From NCBI GenBank assembly GCA_040954595.2, contig CM082587.2, positions 6,065,705 through 6,129,704 of the forward strand: DNA of 64,000 nt, in the 5' to 3' direction. Source of the DNA: Balanoglossus misakiensis (Eukaryota > Animalia > Hemichordata). The translations under genes and the position numbers were made by a program. Below the pieces are notes generated by a model. It was not told where the DNA came from. It saw only the letters and a program-made list of their open reading frames with translations, and made no database searches. Shown here piece after piece: positions 41,298 through 53,240 of this stretch (position 1 is its first letter; every line of letters starts with the position of its first letter).

Positions 41298-41813
41298 CTA
41301 TGAAATCTGCCTCTAACGAGAAATATGGTGGCTAATTTACCCCGCAAACGTACAACATTTCTGGAGCTGTTTCAACACAACACAAACCGTATGACACAAA
41401 GTCCAAAATGTCTGCCACGGACCTAAACAGGAAGTAGACAATAAATAATTCACCCCCTGTATTTAAATCGCGCAAAATCGCACAAATTAAACTCTATTAT
41501 CGCTCTGATTTTGCTTAAAACCTAAAAATAAAATGTAGAAATTGGACTGGCAAGTCCTGAACATGAAACGTACAGCAGGAGCCGGTCGCGACCCTTGACC
41601 TCTGCGGTCACAACAAAGATGGCTGCGTGCAAGTAAATCATAACACTAAACAGTAACAGAGAGCGAGAGCGTAGAGTTCCCACGAAACATTCGCAATCGC
41701 CATCTTCCCCTCATATGTGTTTGGTATATCGGTATCCTAAAACCGAGAGACTTTTACACTGAAGAGTTTAATCTGGGAAAGGAAGCCTGGGGAACGAGAA
41801 CGCTCGTTCTACG
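41298..41813. promoter_or_regulatory. Bidirectional promoter and 5'UTR exons of BAG6 (-) and UBAC1 (+)
   Basis: BAG6 non-coding first exon donor (ag|gtgagt) at 41298/41297 with acceptor near 40603. ETS-like caggaagt at ~41428 and YY1-like aagatggctgc at ~41616. Confidence 0.65.
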
Positions 41814-44800
41814 ATGGTGGTGACAGAATCAAATCTGTTTGAAGGCAAGATGAAATTGAAAATCAGGATTTGTGATATGAAAGGTGATCAAGGTAGGTAT
41901 CAGGAATCGGAACGACTGATTTTAATGGCGTGTTAATACATGAACTTATATTTTGTTAAGATATAATCCAAATAAAAATGGTCTTGTCATGTTATTTATA
42001 GGTGTCATAGAAGTAGATCAAAGCATAACAGCACATAAAGTAAAGGAAAGATTTCTGTGGATCAATGGAGGAAGTGAGTATAATTTGCCGTGTCTTGCAT
42101 TATAATACTTTGTGATGTGATGCGTTGTATCAGTCTAGTGCTGTGCTGGGATATGTTGCAGAATATACAGTATTCATGTGGATATGCATATTATAATGTT
42201 CTAGTGTACTGTTGTGCTGTGCTGTACACTAAGTGTATGTATGTGCTGCACTGCATTTATTCCGCCTTGAGTTTTGTTGCATTGTGTTGTGTGTCTGTCA
42301 CATGTCAATAAATGAATGGTGAGACCAATATCTTATTTTGAGATCACCTTTAATCTAAGATGTACATTTCTTGTCAATTGTTTGAATAGTGACCCATCCT
42401 GAGGATTCTAAAGCTGCCATATATTATAGACTAGTCCACGTTTCTAGTGGAAACACGATATTGGATGATACAACACTTGCACAGGAAGGAGTCAAGGATG
42501 GAGGTATGTTGTCAAACCTCATTCAAGATGTCCATTATCAAAAGATGTAAACTTGTGTCTGTGATACGAGTCAATGTTGCAGTTCAGTGTACTATTTCAT
42601 TTGACATAAAAATCAGTGACGCACTTCATCATGACATGCTTCTCAGAAATTTGCATTGAAAGCTTTTTTCGTCACACCTTACAGATGAATTTCTTCTGGT
42701 GCGAAGGCGACTTCCTCCCCCACCGGTTCTGCCACCAAACAGTCGTGTAAGTGCTCAGTTCATTCCTGGTTTTATTGCAAGGGAAATTACAAAATGTGTT
42801 CCGTTCCAAACAATCCAATTAATTTGAATTATATACATGTACATATATTATCATTATTAGAAAGATAACGCAAAGGCACCAACTGCGGCAGATATCACCA
42901 AGGCAACAGAAGGAATTGCAGCCAAAAATCTTGACAGAAAGCCAGACAATCCAGCACCCTCATCAGAGGTATGTGTTAAGTCCAGTCAGCTGTGTCTTTG
43001 GCCGCCTCTCTACATCGGAACATGCACCATAGAAAATCTTGGGGGTTTTTTTCAAAGTAAAGTACTCAACCAATCAACAAGCTTTATGCATTCTACATAC
43101 ACATGGAGTTTTCTATAACGAGCACTCTGATTGGCTTTGACATTGCAGTTTTCACGGGAACTCAGGAAGATCCTACTGACGCTGACAGACACAGCTCACA
43201 GACTGCTGTGTTTGAATCCGGATGCAGTGGAAATCATCTCCCAGGCCAGTGGTAAGAATAACGCAAAGTTGTGTCTTACCATACTTCATGTTGGTGAATT
43301 GTATGTATGAATGATGATCATGTATGACTGAGGCAAGGAAATTTCTCTCATTGTCTCACAGAGATCCTCGATGAAGAGCAAGAATCGGCAAACAAAGTTG
43401 ACGAGAAAGCGCTTCAGCAGTTACGCGATATGGGATTTGCCGAAAACAGAGCCAGCAAAGCACTATTGCTGAACAGGTAGGAAGAACATGTTCTATAATG
43501 GCTTCGTAAAACAATCGTAATACACAGCACACACCATATTCATGAATATTCAAATCAACTGCACATACAGTTGCTTGTGTCTGGCAATGCAAAGCAAAAT
43601 CAAGTGGAATTCCGTACAGGTGCAGCAACTTTCAAAACTTCCAAGTTAATCTTTGTCTGTAAAAATACGTCGATATGATGATATATATCACGGCTCTAGA
43701 TCTGTAGTGTGTTTTGACTCAGAGCAATATTCCCTTCTGTTCCGTAGAATGTCACCGGTGGACGCCATGGAATGGCTGCTCAAACACCAGGATGATCCGG
43801 ACATCGATAAACCATTGGAAACCCCAGAGGAGGCTCCGAAGGAGAAACCAGCACAGGAAGGTGCCACTGGCGGCAAAGACGTCAACAGCCACTTGGCTGT
43901 CTTCAAACAGTTCAGGAAGAGAACCTTCAAACCGAATCAGAGGGTCTGTATCCTTGGCCTTGTGAGGTCATAGATCTTGACCTTGAACAACTGAAACTCA
44001 GTACAGGAGACAGTCTTACGAAGTCATGGTTCCAGCCAAGTCTTGGGCTTTGTCATAGTCATTCTTCGTTGCACAGTCTTAGCTTTCTTCTAAGTAATGA
44101 CAATTTCTGAATCAGTGCAGTGCAATACCACTTTAATTAATCTTTTTCAATATGATTACATCTGTGTCTCATTTGATTGCATTGTTTCAATTCACAGGCT
44201 TTCTTGAGGCTGAAAGAGATGGGATTTGATGAGAAAGACGTGATTGACGCGCTGAAAGTGAATGGAAATAACGAGAAAGCTGCGGTACGTTCTACAGTGG
44301 TGGTTATCGTCGTTGGAAAAGTGAAAAATAAATACAAATGAAGAATGACCTTTGCCCAGTCTAGACATCATACCAATAAAATGTTTGTTTTTTCTTAAAT
44401 CCTAAATTATGGCCCACATCATATACACTCACTGAACTGTCCGTTTGGGGGTTGTTTTCATTTTCAGTGCGATTGGTTGCTAGGCGACAGGAAACCGGCT
44501 GCCAAGGACTTGGAGGTGGGGTTGAATCCGGAGACAGCACTCTTCCAAGCGATCGTCAATGATCCGGTAGTGTTGCTGGGTCTCAGCAATCCAAGAACTC
44601 TATTGGGTAAGAGAGCTCCTATGAGCAGCTTGCATCAGTCAGTACCTTCACCAATGAGAGATTAAGGTCGAATGCTGTATGTAATCTGAAATGTTGTATG
44701 ATGTCATACGAACAAAACAGGGGTCATGAAAATTGACTACCAGTTTTTCCCAAATGTTTCTTGTCGTAGATAACTAACGGAGTTTATTTCTTTTCTCCTT

Positions 44801-44951
44801 TGCAGCGTTTGAACATATCCTCGAAAACCCAATCAGCAGCTCAGACTATCTGAATGACCCAGTCATCGGTCCCGTACTCATCCAGATATCGCGCATATAT
44901 CAGACAGAAAAACACGCTATTTCGTCGCCACTGCCATCATCGTCATCATGA
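41814..44951 (+). CDS. UBAC1: Ubiquitin-associated domain-containing protein 1 (KPC2): UBL, two UBA and STI1-like domains; ~406 aa, 11 exons
   Basis: Exons 41814-41892, 42002-42073, 42390-42503, 42685-42746, 42861-42968, 43149-43251, 43362-43476, 43748-43943, 44198-44284, 44468-44606, 44806-44951. Motifs: [12 protein letters not shown]...LNPDAVE, UBA1 [30 protein letters not shown]2 [33 protein letters not shown], and [18 protein letters not shown]. Confidence 0.93.
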
Positions 44952-47471
44952 TCCTGAATGGACTATCAATACTGGACTTTTTATACTGTCCCTTATTGTA
45001 ATTAAGTCAACAGCTGAAAATTCGACAACTGCTTGTTAGTTTATAACAGATATTGATTGTATAGATTCATAACTTTGCTTCGATGTATTGCTCCAGTTGT
45101 CAAACACCACCGTGTACACAAACTTGAAGATGTCACTGTATCCAAATAATGCAATGAAATTAATGTCAGATGATGGCATCGTGTGACAAAAATTTCTGTC
45201 AGCTTTTGAGAAGGCGTATTAACCGTGTATCTGATTTTGTCATGCAGAGTGAGAAACTGTAATACAACAAGAGGCTTCTACATATTAAAAGCAACAATTT
45301 TTTTCTGTAGTAAGGCCCACGACAGACTTGGCCACTCTGTTGAAGAAAAATGTAAAATAAAAAAGAATGATTAAATTGGTAATTTTGCAATCAAATTATA
45401 TTATCCTTTCTGACTAATTGCGGAGAAGCACTTTGAAAATTTACATTTAAACGTAATAGTCTTGCCATTTTGTGTGTCATGAATAATCCAGTGTCGTGTA
45501 AGTTTTATAATCATGGACATTTTCCTCGCTTGACGGGCAAGTCGGAATCAAATGGACAATTGAAACAGTTGTGAAATGATGAAGTCCGTCGTATAATTGT
45601 GTCTTTGTGATTTACGTACTTCGCTTGAAAGTGAAATAAATATCTTCTTTATTAATAAATGTCTAGGTCTCAGAATTTGCGTCTATTATTGCATGAATTT
45701 ATTGCAACTAATTTACAGTCATTACGCTCTTGATGTTTGTTGGTTAACAATATTGGACTGAGAAACATCCAAAATGGCTGCATTGAAGGTGACTTTTCCA
45801 ACTTCAGAAGTCCTGCCATAAGGCTCAAAAAAAAAACGTATCTAGTCATAACGATGCGAATTTCTTTAAACGCTTTTTTACTTGAGTCAGTTCATTTTAC
45901 AACTTTCCATGCAGTTTTGTATATTTATATATCAGTGTAAAACAGTTATTGTTCACACTCTTAACATATTACCTAATCCTGTACATGAAACATAGTAGTA
46001 CTGTATTCATCATATTCTCTTTGACCGACACAATCATGTGAAGTGTCAATCCTGCCCGAAAGGTTCTAAGAGCCATCGGAAATGTGATCATATTCATCCA
46101 TAAAAGCACTAGGTCAGTGTGTGTCATGAAAATAGTATAGGGACCACACTTCGGAGATGTTAACTGTCATTGAGCGATCCTTAAAGTATGCTGATTAAAA
46201 GGTTTCTTGCTGTGGTATATATTGCACGATCACCAGAAATCGACTCCAGTAAGTCTCGTCGACCGTGACATGATTTGATGATCACGGCATGAATAGTGAT
46301 CGTTCACCGTTCTGCCACTGGTGGCGCTGTGGTACAGCCAGCGTCCTCCCGACTGATTCCAACAGTAAATAGTAGATATAGTGAAAAAACGAAGTATTCT
46401 GCCCCCAGAATAATTGCTGCTGGACATGAGAGACAGCTCTGTATACCGTGGAATAAAACAGGCAAGTCTTACCTCAGATGGTGGCGTTTTCCGGGGCAGT
46501 AAATGCAGTGCAGCGCTCTCAAATGAACATGTAGGCCTGACGTGGCAAAAAACTCGGCACACTGGGGAGGTGTGAATTTACATCAAACAGCGGAAAACCA
46601 ATTTGCATATTAAATAACAAACAAACTATGTACATGTGCACCTGCACACAGCAGCCATCCAATCAAGGACTTGCACTTACAAGCAATTACATGCAATTAT
46701 ATAACAGACGCACAATTATCCCCAAACTGTACGTTGTTCATTCAAATGACACCAAGATCAAACAACAACACAATATGTTGATCATAGTAGAGTCTTTTCT
46801 CAGTTTTTATCGATAATACTTCATAAACGTTACAAATAGAACACCACAGAACCTGAAACTGAAATCTAACACTAAGGGGCGCTAATCCGACACTACAATT
46901 TTGCCTGACAACCATAGGCTACAGGTGAAGAATGTGTAGTGAAAAATAAACTCCATTTCAAACAAAATCTCTGAAAAACCAATATTCCCTGAATAGCTTC
47001 TTGGATACACATTTTCCACTCACAAATATATACAAAAAGAAACCAAAATTTAAAAGATATAAGTTTAGTCGTGACACTATAACCGTTACGGTTTCCTCAA
47101 AGTTAAAACATGATTTTCAACACTTAAAGGACCTCATGTGCTATGCAAAGAGATAATAAATCTTATTGGGATAAAAACATATGTGCCATGTTTCTCAAGA
47201 TGTACCCAAGAAGCATGGAAGACGACGAAAAAATAGCCTTCAAGTTGCAGATTAAAAAAATCCGGTTAATATGACCAGTTCCATGTTTACTATAATCACT
47301 ACACGTACGTTTAGCACGACAGGCACAGCACGTTCAAGCAATGAACAAAATGTCTTTATATGCATCTTAAGTTAACTGACTACGCCATCTGGCCCGCATA
47401 TTCGGTTCTGACGCATGGTCGCATACTAGATTGATTCTCCTAGAGTTGGGATATGCCAGGACCTCAGTGTT

Positions 47472-50400
47472 TTACACGCACTGACTGCAGAACGGCTGGT
47501 CGTTCTTCTTGAAGAATGACTGGCCGTCGAATGGTTTGTCGCAGCCCTGGAAGCAATTAAGAGAGATCAGAGCGCTGCGTGGATGAAACATTGCAACGTG
47601 CAGCTCAATGTTGATCGCTGAAAACCAGATATTCTGTGGGGAAGTTTGTTTTACCATGACTTCAGTTGGAGGAGAGAAGGAAAGAAAGAGGACTGACTGA
47701 CTGACTGACTGAATCGTCGACGGAAACAAAAGAAAACGGATCTACGTATTTTTAAACCAACCTTGCATTTGAAACATTCTGGGTGCCAAGCGTTACCCAG
47801 TGCGTTGACCCATTTCGTGTTAATCCCCTCCTTGCAACCATGGCATTTCTCCGGCTTCGTCTCGCCACCAAGAAACAGTCTTTCGTAATCTGCAAGAATT
47901 TTTTTCCGAAAATTAGAAACCACCATCAAATTTTATTTTATTGCCAGTGCACAGCGGGTAAATTCAAACATTCAAAATTTATCCTCGCTGTACTGTGGCC
48001 GGTGGTTTGGGGTATTTCGCCCAACGAGCCATCTACGTCAGTTTCTATCGCTCCTATTTCATACAAGTACGATATACTCTGGTGTCATCAAGATTGTGTT
48101 TAAAATTAGTTGTTGATTAACTAGTAATATTTCTGCGAGCGGGTGACTTTCTCCATATACTTTGTGAGTATCCTATAATTGTACTAGTAGTCATTACTCT
48201 CTGAGTCTGTGTACATATGTCATGTTTGAATACCTGATTTACAATAAGGCTTCTCTTCTTTGGAGTAGAATGGGCCATCAAAGGGTTTCTTGCACTCGTT
48301 GCACACGAAACACTTGGCGTGCCATTTCTGTTCCATTGCGCTGATAATTTCCTGCCAAGAGATCATTTGTTGGTCAAAATGGTTATTCTATACCTCTGCA
48401 CTTAATTAAAGTAACGAGTTGAGATTTTCGTTTCGAATTCGGGAATGCACCGAGTTCACGAATTTTACTAAAAAAGAGCTCGATGTAATATATACACTCT
48501 ACACCTGCCAAGGAGTGTAATGTTATAAAGTATAATACTGTAGTACCCCGTAAAATGATCCTTAATTCAGATATCTCTGTACCCATAACAACCCACATGA
48601 TTTCCTAACCTGCGTAGATGCCATCAAGAGATGACGAGGCAAGACATCTACTGCACTCACCCACAGCAGGTACCTGTGGATATAGAACGACCTCTGTATG
48701 TAGGACATACATGTACATGTACTAGTAGATATACATGTACATGTACTAGTAGTGCACTACAGGCCGTTCGACATCCACAGGCCCCTGTGCACTCACCCCA
48801 ATGACCGGGTCGTCACAGGCAGCGCACCTTGCCGCCTGTTTCTTGTAATCTTCAACGCACAGAGCTCTGCCATCTTTGGTCTCGTAGAAACTCTGAATCT
48901 CTTTTTTGCATTCATCACAGTGAACTGGTCCACTTGAAAAAAGGGGATAACAGGCATTCAAAGGAGAGAAACAAACAAACAAACAAACAAATAAACAACA
49001 ACAAAGTAATCGAACAAACAGATAATTAGTAAATTAGCTGAGATTTTACTATCATGAAAACATGTATAAATAAGGCGACTTTTACTTCGAGACGCGGGAA
49101 TGTTATTTCAAGGTGATGTAACTGTATGATATAGGCACACACATGACGGACTATACATTTAATATTGCAGTAAAATTTAATGACATGCGTACGTAATATA
49201 ATCCTTTGAAAAATCGTGTTCCTCACGGCAACAAAGTAGTAGAATCTGCGCAAATGGCGAAGCATCATTAAAAGAGAGAGGTAAATTTAAACTGGTTGCC
49301 ATGGTCCCAGCTAAGGATCAATTGTAGGTACTTACGTTCGTTTTAGACTGACTGTTGGCTTTTTCTCCTCAGTGGATGACAGGTCATTCACAATATCGCT
49401 TGCGTCGCCGCTGAGTAAACATAGAGAGAGAGCAGAACCGTAAGTGAATAATTAGTGGGAGATGACTCAGTAGTATACATATGAGAAAAGATGATTGTAC
49501 ACTGGAAAAGACGGCGGACAGTCGCACATGCGGACAGAAAGATAGACAGGCAGACAGACGTCCCGTGGAAAACAAGTTGACAACAAAGGGATAAACGTTT
49601 AAGTAGTTAGGGGCGCTCTACCTTGCCGGGAATACGTTGGCTTCGTATTGCCCTCTCATGTTGCCGGGTGGTTTGTAGTTAGCGACGATGTAAACGCGGC
49701 CGTCCTTCGTCTTTGCCTTCCCGATGCCAAATTCTTTACTATCCTTCCAGACCATTTGTGTGAAATGACCTTTACAAAAAACAACAACACACACACACAA
49801 TAAATAAATAAATACAGGATACACGATGCGAGTGAAAAACATTTTCAGTGGGGCAACCGCTTTCCGAACTGAAAACATGTTTCAATTTCATTTGGCAGGG
49901 ATAACAAATTATCGGTCTCATATGCTTTTCGCACGACGTTGTCGTTTCCCGTGACCAGGATAGAAGAGAGGCTCGCCATATGCAGACCAGACCTCACACG
50001 TTGTTTTGACCTTGTGTCGGTGAAGGTTGACTTGTACAAATACACAGGAATTAGGAAGATGATTTATTTCCCCTAATTATGCTACTGAAAGTCAAAAATC
50101 AACAAATACAACTGGCCTCGTATTCTTATACGCAATACACCCATTTAACATCAAATGAGTTTCGGACGGCGTAAAAAGGTCAATTTTGGATAAAAATCGC
50201 GAATTTATTTTATTTACTATGGAAGTTGGGATTGACCGCAGAGTGGTTCTATGCGACAAATCGATTTAAATTCGCTAGATGATTCAAATGAAGCACAAAT
50301 GCGTATTGTAAATAGAAGTTAAAAGGGACAGTAGAACTGTCTCGACCGACCGAGTCGCAGACTGTTGACCTTTCTTTCACCCGAGAATTAAATTTTGAAT

Positions 50401-53240
50401 GACGCATGCACCTCTCGTAGATGTGCACGAACTGGGTCCGATGTAAAGTACCTTTTCACGACGTTCCTTAGGAGACCGACGCGTGTTTGGCCGGGTCAGT
50501 CTCGCCATTGACATATCGCTGATGTTTGTAATTCGTGGGCAGGGTACGAAGCTCTACTTTACGCCACTGCCCTGACTCTTACGGCGAAAATTGAATGTAA
50601 CTACATGTACTACTATTTAAAAAAACTATTTCTACCCTCACAACTTGAGAACAAAACCCGTTTCTATTTGCGAAACATCTTTGCCCACGTTAAAGGAACA
50701 AAGTATTGTACTACGTGTTGTCGCCGCTACAAGTACCGAGCTGGCATTTTATTGTTAATTCTCTCGGGGGACTAGACCATCCAAAGTTCCCCTTTCCAAC
50801 GTACACCTGGACAATAGTACGACAACTTCAATTGTCATTTTGCTAAGGTACAGAGAAAAAAAACCACACAAAAACATCAGTTGCTTGCAAGTTGCAACAA
50901 TAGAAAATATTCAGCAGGCGTGAAGGAAAGAAATGTTGGCCAGGTCTCAGTGGTGGTTGCTGTTCTCTTTTGGCGAGTGGTCGCTTTGGGAATTACGGTA
51001 GAAGAACCAGGACCCGAGGAACGTAACCAATCTGATTAAAATCAGATGTAGGGTACGGTGACGTCTTTTACTTACGCGGTGCGGCATTCATAGTGTGAGG
51101 CGACAGCATAAGAATCAGGCTATCGTACGTGTGTGGAAAAAACTTTTGGTTGTTGCTGCTGTATTTTGTCGGGGACACAGCTGCTGATCATGGTCTGATG
51201 GCTAAAACGAGAATTTCGGTTGTGAATATATAAAACTATATAAACGGACTGCAGCTGAAACGACGTGAGGCACATGAAGAATGCCACCTGGGAGCCCGGT
51301 CCTCTTGATACTAGCAATATATATCCCGAACATGAATCACCGGCAAAATCCAATTAGACGTCCTCACGATCACAAACTTTTATGACACGATTATTCATGA
51401 ATTTTTAACTCCCGTGGATATAACTATGGAAACCGGTGAAGGACCATCTGGCTATAAATACACGAAACATGGGACGATCTTTCCCAGCCGACCGATAGTC
51501 TCGCAATGACGTCATTCCACGCGTACACCTGATCCTGTGACAATATAAATGGTGCATGTACTTTATCGTTTGCTACAAACAAATTATTTCATAAAATCTA
51601 GGTTGCTTGGAAATTATATCCACGACCAAAAATATGAGAGATACAATGTACGCGACAAAATTCGCCGTCGAGTCGAAACGAACCTACAAGGAAACTCAAA
51701 TTTACTTTAAAATGGCGACCTATGTTATCTGGCTATGAACTCAAGTAATCATAGTGGCTGTCCCCCGGGTTGTCCCGCTGTACAACCACGTGTTCAAAAC
51801 ACTGACGGAGAATCTGTCTGAACAGTCCGATACGCTAATGTCATTCAAATGAAATTTTAAAGTGGTAATGTATATTCGTGATGGGAATTTCACGTGGCAT
51901 GCAAATTAAAACAGCGGCAATGGTAACCAACGCGTGGAATATGTGCGTGCCCGTGAAAGCCACCGCCTGCACGGCACGGTGTGGATTCGGGCGAATTTAT
52001 TCAAATAATGGTCGGTGTCAATGGTGTAAATGAGACTGAGTGCTGCTGCCATGGCAACCGTGGTGGGTCACAGGTCAAATGGACGAGTCATAGCGATGTA
52101 TACTCATTTCAGTATTGTCAAACATGTCCACATATCTGCACCAGATGGCTCAGACAAATCGCATCAGTACTCGATCGCGTGCGTTATTTCAAATGTTTGA
52201 AAACACATCTCAAAAAGATAGACACACGGCCTTTGGTCTGAAATTCAGCATTTTTATGCACAACAGGCAAGTAGCAAGGGAGAATGTATTGGTTGCAGAC
52301 ACCTTACGATCTGAATAATAATCATAGTTGATAAATTTAAAATGTATAAAATGTAACGACGGTCGCGATATCGTCATCACCATCGCGATCGCGTGATTTA
52401 ACCGGGTCATGACATTAGATTAAACTCACTTGTCTGTTAATCATAGTTCGTGAGGATCTAGTACAATACGAAATATAGGAAATGGTGCTTTCAAATATAA
52501 ATATGAATGCCCTATATTCTTTTATGCCATTGTATTTGACTGCAGGCTTGTGGATTGAACAGGACAACAAATTCTCGAAAGATCAAGCTTTGGTGTTTTG
52601 TATGCATCCATGTATGTGTGTATGTATATTGGGGTATGTGCCTTCTTTGACAGAAATAATATGCACCTACCTCCAGCACCCCATACTGGATTCTTGAAAT
52701 CATATTTCTTGATGTCGTCATACCACATTTTGCTCACTTCTTTACCTGAAGTAGAAACGTATAAATGCGCAAATTGAGTCAAAACCCTTCGGTGTGTAGG
52801 TTCTAAGGTTCTAAGATCTACGTTATATGTACATTTCCAAGGGTGTTTATTGAAAATTATATTTTCACCGAAATATTCAGCTGGTGTCTCCCACATTATT
52901 TGAAAATGAATCTCATTAAAATGAATGAATCTACTTTGATGACGCGAAGCTGCACAAATAGAACACTTTCTCCCATTTTTGATGACCGACACTCCAAATT
53001 TGCACTTCAAGGACGCGCACGCTTACCTGACATGTCGTAGTCTCCGCTCCCCGCGCCGTACCCTACGTTCTCGCCGTAGTCTTTGTTGTCGCTGTGTTCC
53101 AGCCGGCCGAGTGTGGCCAGGTGCTCGGCCCACTGCTGTGCGTCCTTGCCGACGGCCGCCGAGTACTTCAGCGGCCCTACTCCGTGTAGAGCCCGGTACT
53201 TGTTCTGCAGCTCGAACGCCTCTCGCTCAAACTCGTTCAT
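47472..53240 (-). CDS. CAP (GAPR-1/GLIPR2-type SCP) domain + linker + half-LIM + 2 paxillin-like LIM domains; paralogue A, ~322 aa, 8 coding exons
   Basis: Exons 53240-53027, 52745-52671, 49769-49622, 49410-49336, 48932-48797, 48351-48234, 47889-47762, 47546-47472; all GT-AG, one continuous frame. CAP motifs NKYRALHG, HS..YGEN, WYDDI..YDF, GHFTQMVW, VANYKPPGN. LIM motifs CAAC..WHAKCFVCNEC..YCKSD and CHGC..WHPECFKCKGC..FCSQC. Confidence 0.87.
48706..48751. repeat. Short tandem duplication of a TACATGTA-palindrome-rich unit (atacatgtacatgtactagtag x2)
   Basis: Direct reading; intronic in paralogue A. Confidence 0.75.

Noticed and set aside
3209-41601. Nuclear-receptor direct repeats (DR1 at 3209, 4622, 39580, 41589; DR2 at 19406)
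   Set aside because: TGACCT/TGACCC half-site repeats are short and appear scattered through the window; no evidence of function from sequence alone.
48661-48673. Possible 13-nt micro-exon in CAP-LIM paralogue A
   Set aside because: It would shift the frame within the LIM region, and paralogue B has no counterpart.
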